Below, in pieces: positions 16,901-24,369 of a stretch of DNA of 45,210 nt. The notes below the pieces were generated by a model. The model worked only from the letters and a program-made list of their open reading frames with translations. It did not search any database and was not told the DNA's origin. Within the stretch, counting starts at the first letter, position 1; each line of letters starts with the position of its first letter. The stretch comes from an uncultured Bifidobacteriaceae bacterium (lineage in GTDB: Bacteria > Actinomycetota > Acidimicrobiia > IMCC26256 > JAENVU01). Both the position numbers and the translations under genes were made by a program. The DNA lies in contig CAZXCB010000002.1 of NCBI GenBank assembly GCA_964639075.1, forward strand, positions 1 through 45,210, written 5' to 3'.

Positions 16901-18441
16901 GCGACCCGTACGGCGAGGAGCTGCCCAGCACGCCGCAACGCGACCTCCGTCCTCCGGACTCGCTCCCGCTGGCCAACGAGGCGGAGCTGAGTCGAGTGCG
17001 CGGGATCCGTTGGCCGCAGAACGTCGTGAAGGTCGGATACTTCGCCTACGGCGTGATGGTGGTCCTCGGCCTGGTCTCCGGCGCGTTCATGCTCATCGAC
17101 GCCATCCCGCTGGTCCCGATCCTCGCCTACGTCGCGTACCGGATCGCGCAGCGGTTCGCGCAGCGCGACGACGATCCCGAGGTCGGCCAGATCGTCTACG
17201 CCGCCTTCTGGGCGAAGATGATCGGAGCACTGGTCCGCGCGGCCGTCGTGGCCTGGCAGTACAAGGGTGTGTCCGACGGGACCGAGTACCACCAGTTCGG
17301 CAAGGTGTTCGCGCCGATGTTCCGCTCGTTCGACTTCTCGCAGGCGGGGCCGTGGAGCGGCACCGACTTCATGAAGAACTTCACCGGCGTCGTGTACTCG
17401 TTCACCGGCGCGTCCCAGGTGAGCGGCGCGGTGGTGATGTCGTTCCTCTCGTTCCTGGGTGCGGTGCTGTTCTGGCGGGCGTTCAAGATCGCCGTGCCCA
17501 CCGGAGCCGTCCGCCGCTACGCGCTGCTCGTGCTGTTCCTGCCGTCGATGCTGTACTGGCCGTCGTCGCTGGGCAAGGAAGGCTGGGCGATCTTCTGCCT
17601 CGGGCTCGGCTCCTACGGCGTCGCCAAGGTGTTGACCGGGGGGATCGGCAGCGGGGCAGTCCTCGTCGCGGCCGGGCTCTGGGGTGCCACGATGCTGCGG
17701 CCGCACGTCGCGATCACCATGTTCGTCGGCATCGCGCTGGCCGGTCTCGTGGGTAAGCCGCGCGGCGACGTCGGGAAGTCGTCGTTGCTGCGGATCCTGC
17801 TGTTCGGCGTCCTGCTCGTGGTCGGCGGCTATCTCTCCACGTCCACCGCGGCGTTCTTCGGAGTGCCGGCACTGAACCAGGAGACGGTCAACGAGCAGCT
17901 CGCCAACGCCGAGGGCCGGACTCAGGAGGCGGGATCGGTCTTCACGCCGTACAGCATGTCGAATCCCGCCAACACGCCGTTCGCGTTCGTCACGGTCCTC
18001 TTCCGACCGTTCCCGGTCGAGGCGAGCAGCGCGGTCGCGTTGGTGTCGTCGCTGGAGGGCGTCTTCCTCCTCGTGCTCACGTGGAAGTCGAGGTCGCGGC
18101 TGCGCGCGCTGTTCCGATCCATGCGCCGGCATCCCTACATCGCGTACTGCCTGGGCGTGATGGTGACGCTCATCTACGCCTTCTCCGCGTTCTCGAACTT
18201 CGGAATCCTGTCGCGCCAGCGCACGCAGGCGCTCCCCTTCTTCCTCGCGTTGCTCTGCGGGCCCCCGTGGAAGCGGGAGGGCGCGATCCCGACCGAGGAG
18301 GCGGTCGCGGCCCGTGACGAGGTGATGCCGTCCGCGTACGACCTGACGCCGGTGGATCCGTACCGGGAGGCGCTGGATCCCGGGGCCCACGATCCGTACG
18401 CGGCCCACGACATCGGCGGCGATCCGTACCGCCCGCGGTGA
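16897..18441 (+). CDS. Polytopic membrane protein, possible Wzy-like polymerase (function not established)
   Basis: 514 aa from ATG 16897 (MSDPYGEE). About 11-12 hydrophobic segments with one larger loop (ALNQETVNEQLANAEGRTQEAGSVFTPYS). I recognise no family motif. Coupled on both sides by 4-nt overlaps. Confidence 0.6.
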   Translation: MSDPYGEELPSTPQRDLRPPDSLPLANEAELSRVRGIRWPQNVVKVGYFAYGVMVVLGLVSGAFMLIDAIPLVPILAYVAYRIAQRFAQRDDDPEVGQIVYAAFWAKMIGALVRAAVVAWQYKGVSDGTEYHQFGKVFAPMFRSFDFSQAGPWSGTDFMKNFTGVVYSFTGASQVSGAVVMSFLSFLGAVLFWRAFKIAVPTGAVRRYALLVLFLPSMLYWPSSLGKEGWAIFCLGLGSYGVAKVLTGGIGSGAVLVAAGLWGATMLRPHVAITMFVGIALAGLVGKPRGDVGKSSLLRILLFGVLLVVGGYLSTSTAAFFGVPALNQETVNEQLANAEGRTQEAGSVFTPYSMSNPANTPFAFVTVLFRPFPVEASSAVALVSSLEGVFLLVLTWKSRSRLRALFRSMRRHPYIAYCLGVMVTLIYAFSAFSNFGILSRQRTQALPFFLALLCGPPWKREGAIPTEEAVAARDEVMPSAYDLTPVDPYREALDPGAHDPYAAHDIGGDPYRPR

Positions 18442-19328
18442 GCTCCGTGGGGAGCCCCACGCCGGCGGCCCGGCCCAGCTCCTGGTTCGGCGCCGACGGG
18501 TGGTTCCAGACGTCGACCTTCGCGCTGCTCGACCTCACCGTCGCGGTCCACAGCGATGATGCCGCGCTGCTCGCGCTCGTGGAGGCGCTGTACGCGCCGA
18601 CGCGTACCGATCGGCCCGCCGAGCATGCGTTGTTCCTCGGTCGTGCGCGCGTCGGACGTGGCAACGGGTACTTCGCGGCCGCGGACGGCGGGGTGCTGGT
18701 CCGGACGCCGGCACCGGGTGTCGCGTTCCGTCACCTCGTCTACGAGGCGAACCAGATGGCGATCGACGCCACGACGACGCCGGTCCGGCTGCACGCCGGC
18801 GCGGTCGGGCGCGCCGGCCGATCCGTCGCGCTGGTGGGACCGATGGGCGCGGGCAAGTCGACGCTCGCCGCCGGGCTCGTCCGGCGGGGTTGGGACTACC
18901 TGACCGACGAGGTCGTGGCGATCGACGCCGCGGGACGGGCCCGTCCCTACGCGAAGCCGTGTTCGCTCGGCGAGGCGCCGGCGGCGCTGGCCCTCGACCG
19001 GTGGACGCCTCCGGTCCGCTCGGCCGGGTACCTCGCGGGCGGGGGGCTCGTGCCCGCCCCGGTACTCGGCACCGTCGCCGAGGCGCCGGTCGGGCTGGGC
19101 GCGGTGGTCCTGCCCACCTACCGTCGGGAGGCCGAGACCTCGATCACCGAGATCGCTCCCGCCGACGCGCTGGTCGACATCGGTGCGCACGCGTTCGGGC
19201 TCTCGGCCGCCGGGGCACTCGCGGCGCTGCACGCCGCCGTCGGATCCGTCCCCTGCTTCCGGCTGACGAGTGGCGGACGGGACGCGGCATGCGACGCGAT
19301 CGAGTCCGTGGCGGCGGTGCGGTCGTGA
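18438..19328 (+). CDS. HprK-related P-loop kinase (HPr kinase C-terminal-domain-like)
   Basis: 296 aa. LHAGAVGRAGRSVALVGPMGAGKSTLAAGLVRRGWDYLTDEVVAID matches the HprK-like tailoring-kinase pattern. Confidence 0.7.
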   Translation: MSSVGSPTPAARPSSWFGADGWFQTSTFALLDLTVAVHSDDAALLALVEALYAPTRTDRPAEHALFLGRARVGRGNGYFAAADGGVLVRTPAPGVAFRHLVYEANQMAIDATTTPVRLHAGAVGRAGRSVALVGPMGAGKSTLAAGLVRRGWDYLTDEVVAIDAAGRARPYAKPCSLGEAPAALALDRWTPPVRSAGYLAGGGLVPAPVLGTVAEAPVGLGAVVLPTYRREAETSITEIAPADALVDIGAHAFGLSAAGALAALHAAVGSVPCFRLTSGGRDAACDAIESVAAVRS

Positions 19329-20416
19329 GCGCACCGGCGCCACCGGCCGCGCGCCGCCCGGTCGCGCTCGGTCGGGACGAGGCGGTCGCGGTCGACGGCG
19401 AGGTCGTGGTGTGGCGTGAGCACGGGATCCACCGCCTCAATCCGACCGCCGCACTGGTCTGGGAACGCTGCGACGGCGTGACCGACCTGGACTCCCTCGC
19501 GGGCGAGCTCGCCGCGTCGTTCGACGTCGGGTTCGAGACGGTGCGCGACGACGTCCTGCGTACGGTCGACGAGCTCACGAGCCGCGGACTCGTGACCGAG
19601 ACCGTCGAGCCGGTCACGATCCCGATGATCGAGCCGCCGATCCAGTGCACCGGTTGCGGCGACGGGCCGCCGTTCGGCGCTCGAGTCCTGGTCGCGGTCG
19701 ACGACGGATTGTTGGCGATCGGAGCCGACTCCGAGCTCGCGCCCGAGCTGGCGGCCGCCTTCGGCGGTTCGGCCATGGGAGTGATCGATGCCGGCCGCAC
19801 CTCGTACGGCATCGTCGTGCCGGTGGCCGCTGCCGGATCGCGCCACGACGTCACGCGGCTCTACCGCGGTCCCGATCTGCTGGCGCGCAGCCGCCATCCC
19901 GAGCCCGTGGCGGACGCGCTGATCGCCCAGGTCGGAGCCCATGCCCTCCCCGCCGGCTGGGTGCTGCTCGACGCGGTCGCGGTCGGGCGCGACGGTCGGG
20001 TCGTCCTCGTGCCACCGCCCGCGAACCGGGTCGCGTTCGAGCGGTCGGCAGCGCGACGTGGCCTCGCGACCGCACCCGGCACCGCCGTCGTGGCGCGCCG
20101 CGACGGGCGCACCGTGAAGACGGGGGCGCCGTGGCTCGGCGTCGACCGCGAGCGGCTGGCCCGGGCGCTGCGCGACCGGGCGCACATCGGATCCGCGCCG
20201 CCCGCGCTGGCGCCGGGTGAGCACGAGATCGCGGCGCTCGCGGCGTCGGCGCCCTCGGTGGCTACCGCGTTCGGTGAGCTCGCGCCGGCCAGCTCCTTCT
20301 CGGTGGGCGATGGTCCGCTGCGGCTCGTCCACGACCTCGGCGGATCGGTGCCCGTCGTCGCGGCCGACGATCTGGACGAGATCAGCCGCCTGACGGGTGC
20401 GTCGCCGGTGGCGTGA
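19325..20416 (+). CDS. Fusion protein: N-terminal PqqD-like domain plus C-terminal HprK-like domain lacking the P-loop
   Basis: GTG 19325 (GTGA overlap). N-terminus is LNPTAALVWERCDGVTDLDSLAGELAASFDVGFETVRDDVLRTVDELTSRGLV. The C-terminal LDAVAVGRDGRVVLVPPPANRVAFERSAARRG aligns to the kinase's LHAGAVGRAGRSVALVGPMGAGKSTLAAGLVRRG, but GxxGxGKS is absent. Confidence 0.65.
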   Translation: MSAPAPPAARRPVALGRDEAVAVDGEVVVWREHGIHRLNPTAALVWERCDGVTDLDSLAGELAASFDVGFETVRDDVLRTVDELTSRGLVTETVEPVTIPMIEPPIQCTGCGDGPPFGARVLVAVDDGLLAIGADSELAPELAAAFGGSAMGVIDAGRTSYGIVVPVAAAGSRHDVTRLYRGPDLLARSRHPEPVADALIAQVGAHALPAGWVLLDAVAVGRDGRVVLVPPPANRVAFERSAARRGLATAPGTAVVARRDGRTVKTGAPWLGVDRERLARALRDRAHIGSAPPALAPGEHEIAALAASAPSVATAFGELAPASSFSVGDGPLRLVHDLGGSVPVVAADDLDEISRLTGASPVA

Positions 20417-22175
20417 AGCCTCCACGGCACGGCTTGTCGTTGCGCACCGCGACGATCGGCTCGGCGGAGTGCCCGAGACCGTGGACGACGTCGCGCGCGA
20501 TCGCCGCGCGCGACTTCACCCGGCCCGGATTGATCACCACGTCGATGCAGAACGGTGCCAGGTAGCGCGCTCGGAGCTTGATCCGCTCGGCCACCGTGTC
20601 GCCCTGCGGTGGTCCGACCTTCTGGTGCCAGGAGATCCATTCGAACCCGCCGTAGATGCGCGTCGGCGCCCAGCCTTGGCGGGCGACCGCCCGGTCGAGT
20701 CGCCAGCGGGTGCCGTCGAAGGAAGCGGAGTCGGTGGCGTACGCGAGCCCGATTCCCCCGAGCACCACGAGCGCGAGCGCCGTCGCGACCGTGTACCGAC
20801 CGGCGCGGCGGCGACGCGCGGACGTCGGTGGCTGCAGGCCGGCGTCGGCGACGGGTTCGGCCCTCCGCACGAGGAGGAGACCGACGAGCGGCAGCACGGG
20901 AAGGACGTAGCGGTCGAACACCGGGAGCTCGGTGGCGATCGCGAACGCGTACGCGACCGAGAAGCCGAGCGTGCTGAGCGCGAGGACCGCGGTCACCGGG
21001 TCGTGCGGAACGAGATCCCGCCGGCGCACGCGGCGTCCCGTCTCGACGAGCGCGGGGACGACGGCGATCGCGATGAGCACCGCCCCCAGCGATCCGAGCA
21101 CGGCCATGAGGCGGAACACGGACTCGGGGACCACGGGAGCACGCGGTCCGGTGAGCACGTCGCGTGAGAGCACGCCGTACTGATCGACGTAGTTCCCGAC
21201 GAACGGGATCTCGGGGACTCGCAAGTACGAGACCGCCATCCAGAGCGTGGTCCCCGCGCCGACGACCGTGGTGAGGGGCGGGCTCCGCCGCCAGGCGTCA
21301 CGCACGATGTCGGAGGGTCGCGCGAAGAGCACCACCGGGGCGAGCAGCAGCCCGACGAGGCGCGCGAAGCCGCCGACGCGGACCGTGAGGTTCGCGACGA
21401 GGCCCGACGTGACCGGGCTCGGAGCCAGGCTCAGGGCGTCAGGGAGTGAGAGCCACCACGCGAACAGCGCCGTCGTGGCCAGCACGAGCACGACGGTCAC
21501 GAGCGCGAGCTTGGAAGCGTGGGCGCGTGGGCCGCGCCGCACCGCGGTGACGAGCGTGACGATCACCACCGCGAGTACCGGGATCGCCTCGTACTGGCGG
21601 ATCGAGATCGCGAGGAACCCGACCGCCACGACGCCGGCGTACGCGCCGACCGAGATCGTCGGCGCACGCAACGTGCGGAACGCGAGCGCGAGGAACACGC
21701 ACTGCACCGCGAACGCGGGAACGTCGGTCATGAACGTGGCCGCCAGCGGCGACCAGAGAGGCCCGATCGCGATGGTGAGCGCGAGGACCATCGCCGCCCG
21801 TCGGTGCCGACGCTCGGTGCCCTGCACGAGTGCCACCAGCCCGCCGAAGCCGAGGAACGCGGTGGCGATGTGGACCGCGGTGATCGATCGCGGTGCGACG
21901 AGCGCGACCGGCGCGGCGAGGGCGAGCTGGCCGACCAGCGTCATCGACACCCAGTTGTTGAATCCGAGGACTCCGTGGTCGACGAGACGGAACAGCGTCA
22001 GCAGGTAGGACCAGTCGTCACTGCGGGGGATCGAGAGCGCGTCGTAGTGCGCGGCCACGGCGATCGGCGCGACGACCGCGACCGCGAAGAGAACGGCGTA
22101 GCCGGCGAGCCCGGGGACACGTGGACCGGGCGCGACGTCCGTGATCGGAGCGGCTCGCGCGGTGCCGGGGGTCAG
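20382..22175 (-). CDS. GT-C-fold membrane glycosyltransferase (PMT/ArnT-like), paralog 2; start codon unresolved
   Basis: Conserved with 11497..13203 (PRSDDWSYLL, FMTDVPAFA, ATDSASFDGTRWR...GGFEW). There is no in-frame ATG/GTG/TTG between the udg-like stop (22172) and conserved TM1. The upper bound is set at CTG 22175; the first canonical start is GTG 22058. Confidence 0.6.
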   Translation of the reverse strand: MTPGTARAAPITDVAPGPRVPGLAGYAVLFAVAVVAPIAVAAHYDALSIPRSDDWSYLLTLFRLVDHGVLGFNNWVSMTLVGQLALAAPVALVAPRSITAVHIATAFLGFGGLVALVQGTERRHRRAAMVLALTIAIGPLWSPLAATFMTDVPAFAVQCVFLALAFRTLRAPTISVGAYAGVVAVGFLAISIRQYEAIPVLAVVIVTLVTAVRRGPRAHASKLALVTVVLVLATTALFAWWLSLPDALSLAPSPVTSGLVANLTVRVGGFARLVGLLLAPVVLFARPSDIVRDAWRRSPPLTTVVGAGTTLWMAVSYLRVPEIPFVGNYVDQYGVLSRDVLTGPRAPVVPESVFRLMAVLGSLGAVLIAIAVVPALVETGRRVRRRDLVPHDPVTAVLALSTLGFSVAYAFAIATELPVFDRYVLPVLPLVGLLLVRRAEPVADAGLQPPTSARRRRAGRYTVATALALVVLGGIGLAYATDSASFDGTRWRLDRAVARQGWAPTRIYGGFEWISWHQKVGPPQGDTVAERIKLRARYLAPFCIDVVINPGRVKSRAAIARDVVHGLGHSAEPIVAVRNDKPCRGGFTPPATHPSGG

Positions 22176-23467
22176 AGGACCTCGCCCGTGAAGGCGGTAC
22201 CCCGCATCCGGCCCTTCGTGTCGAACACGAGTGGGGCGTGGGCGCCGATCGTCTCCGGGTCGAACTCGGGATGATCGACGAGGACCACCGCGAGGTCGCA
22301 GTCGGCCAGCGCTGCCGTTCCGAATTCGACGAGCTCGCACGGCGCCATGGTCGAAGCCGATGCCGACACGTAGGGATCCGCCGCGCACACGCGCGCGCCG
22401 AGCGCGGCCAGGCGCTCGGCGACGATCACCGACGGCGACTCGCGCCAGTCCGACGTGCCGGCCTTGTACGCGAGACCGAGCAGCAGGATCCGCGTGCCGT
22501 TGACGGCACGCTGGTGGCGGTTGAGCAGTGCGGTGACGCGCGCGACGACGTAGTCGGGCATGTGCTCGTTGACGTCGTTGGCGAGCTCGACGAAGCGGAA
22601 GGCGTGGCCCGACTGCCGGCGAACCCGCCACGACAGGTACGACGGGTCGATCGGGAGGCAGTGCCCACCCACGCCGGGTCCGGGGGTGAAGCGCATGTAC
22701 CCGAACGGCTTGCTCGAGGCGGCGTCGATCGCGGACCAGATGTCGACGCCGAGATCCCCGGCGAACATCGCGAGCTCGTTGACCAGGGCGATGTTCACGT
22801 GGCGGAACGTGTTCTCGAGCAGCTTCACCAGCTCGGCCTCGGCGGTGGAGCCGACCGGCACCACCTTGTCGACGAGCGCGCCGTAGAAGGCCTCGACCGC
22901 GCGGCACGAGGCCGCGTCGATGCCCGAGACGACCTTGGGCGTGTTCTCGAACGACCACCGGGCGTTGCCCGGATCGATGCGCTCGGGGGAGTACCCGAGC
23001 AGGAAGTCGCGTCCCCCGACGAGTCCCGACTCCTCGAGGATCGGGCGGACCAGCTCCTCGGTGGTGCCGGGGTAGGTGGTCGACTCGAGCACGACGAGGG
23101 CACCGCGCGACAGCGCGCCTGCCAGAGCTCGCGTCGCCGACTCGACGTAGGTGAGGTCGGGCGCGCCCTCGCGCAGCGGCGTCGGGACCGAGATGATCGC
23201 CACGTCGAAGCCCGCAAGGTCCGCCGCGTCGTCCGAGGCCGTGTACCCGCGTTGGATCGCGGCGGCGAGACGTTCGTCAGAGACGTCCTCGACGAACGAT
23301 CGACCGGATCGCAGCGCCTGCACCCGCCGGTGGTCGAGCTCGTAGCCGACGACGGCGAAGCCCACCTCGCTGGCTCGCATCGCGACCGGGAGGCCGACGT
23401 AGCCCTGCCCGACGACGACGACGCGGGCAGTCCGGTCGTCGAGGCGACCGAGGACGTCGCCGGTCAT
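22172..23467 (-). CDS. Nucleotide-sugar 6-dehydrogenase, UDP-HexNAc dehydrogenase type (WbpA/TviB/WecC-like)
   Basis: 431 aa from MTGDVL. Has the NAD fold (VVVVGQGYVGLPVA) and the catalytic Cys context (GPGVGGHCLPIDP) typical of the HexNAc-dehydrogenase branch. The track ORF's N-terminal extension is rejected. Confidence 0.85.
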   Translation of the reverse strand: MTGDVLGRLDDRTARVVVVGQGYVGLPVAMRASEVGFAVVGYELDHRRVQALRSGRSFVEDVSDERLAAAIQRGYTASDDAADLAGFDVAIISVPTPLREGAPDLTYVESATRALAGALSRGALVVLESTTYPGTTEELVRPILEESGLVGGRDFLLGYSPERIDPGNARWSFENTPKVVSGIDAASCRAVEAFYGALVDKVVPVGSTAEAELVKLLENTFRHVNIALVNELAMFAGDLGVDIWSAIDAASSKPFGYMRFTPGPGVGGHCLPIDPSYLSWRVRRQSGHAFRFVELANDVNEHMPDYVVARVTALLNRHQRAVNGTRILLLGLAYKAGTSDWRESPSVIVAERLAALGARVCAADPYVSASASTMAPCELVEFGTAALADCDLAVVLVDHPEFDPETIGAHAPLVFDTKGRMRGTAFTGEVL

Positions 23468-24369
23468 CGGGGACAGCAGTAGATGAGGTACAGCGAGTCG
23501 AAGCAACGTCCGTTGCCGTGATCGCCGGTCTTCTTCGAAGGGCGCCCGTCGGAGCCGATCGTGGGGCCCGACGAGCCGTCGGTGCCGATCGAGTCGCTCG
23601 AGGTCCCGTCGGAACCGACCGCCGTGCTCGCCGCGGGCGCGGCCGTGCTCGGTCCGACGGGCTGGGTGCCGAGGGCGCCGGCGCTGTCGAGCGCGCCGGC
23701 GCTGCCGACCGCCGGCGCGAGCGTGGTGGTGGTGGTCGTCGTGGTGGACGTCGTGCTCGCGGCGCGGGGGGCTCCGACGCTCGGACCGGCCACCGACTCC
23801 GCCGCGATGCCGTCGTCGCAGCTGGTGTCGTCGGCGCGGCGGAGTCCGTCGTCGGGCGCGCAGGCCACGCGCGGGCACGGGAAGATCAGCCGGCGCCCGA
23901 CCGCGACCGCGATCGGCGGGTCCGGGTCGACGAACGCCTCGGCGAAGTCGGTCTCGCCCTTGCGGGCGAACCCCAGCACCATCCGACACTGGCGTCCGGC
24001 GGCGTTCGGCCCGGTGACCTCGGGGAGCAGCACCGCGGCTTCCTCGTCGCTGACCGCGGTGAGCTGCGGCTTGATCGCCGGGAACTGCACGGTGACACCC
24101 GAGTTGTCGCGGAACCAGCGCCGGATCGCCGGGGGTGTCGTGTGGTACTGGATCCGCGCCGGCGCCGGCAGGACGTGGCCCGCCGGGTTGATCACGACCA
24201 TGTAGAAGTTCTGGCACGGGCGCTCCGTGCCGTTCGCGGTGGTGGCGTACGCCGCCGTCGTCCGGATGACGGGAGCGGCCCAGACGAGACCACCCACAAT
24301 CGCGCCGCGCGTGACCAACTGGCGACGGGTGAGACCGCGCGCGTCAGTCGTCTCTTGGTCGGCGGGCAT
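23464..24369 (-). CDS. Tat-signal secreted protein of unknown function with Thr/Ser-rich region and Cys-rich hydrophobic C-terminus
   Basis: 301 aa. Twin-arginine motif and h-region (TRRQLVTRGAIVGGLVWAAPVIRTTAAYA). Thr run (STTSTTTTTTTT), [IV]G[ST]DG repeats, and the tail GNGRCFDSLYLIYCCPR. High GC3 throughout. The stop overlaps the dehydrogenase start (ATGA). Confidence 0.6.
   Translation of the reverse strand: MPADQETTDARGLTRRQLVTRGAIVGGLVWAAPVIRTTAAYATTANGTERPCQNFYMVVINPAGHVLPAPARIQYHTTPPAIRRWFRDNSGVTVQFPAIKPQLTAVSDEEAAVLLPEVTGPNAAGRQCRMVLGFARKGETDFAEAFVDPDPPIAVAVGRRLIFPCPRVACAPDDGLRRADDTSCDDGIAAESVAGPSVGAPRAASTTSTTTTTTTTLAPAVGSAGALDSAGALGTQPVGPSTAAPAASTAVGSDGTSSDSIGTDGSSGPTIGSDGRPSKKTGDHGNGRCFDSLYLIYCCPR

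Noticed and set aside
15483-20416. Canonical lasso-peptide (or other RiPP) biosynthetic gene cluster
   Set aside because: PqqD, HprK-like kinase and nucleotidyltransferase are present. I found no Asn-synthetase-like cyclase, no transglutaminase-like B2 protease, no radical SAM/YcaO/LanM-type enzyme and no plausible precursor ORF in the window. It is therefore reported as an atypical system, not as a RiPP cluster.
20382-22958. N-terminal extensions of track ORFs: 20382-22958, 22172-24217, 24493-25827, 30257-31579, 34570-36585, 36563-38341, 40629-41780 and 43108-45189
   Set aside because: The extensions run through the upstream gene in another frame and are Arg/Pro-rich. The real proteins begin where homology-like sequence, paralog alignment or 4-nt overlaps begin.
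23719-23752. GGT/CGT-rich DNA repeat, considered as a non-coding repeat
   Set aside because: It is the antisense of the ACC/ACG codons encoding the Thr run (STTSTTTTTTTT) of the Tat-signal protein. It is a coding low-complexity tract, not an independent element.
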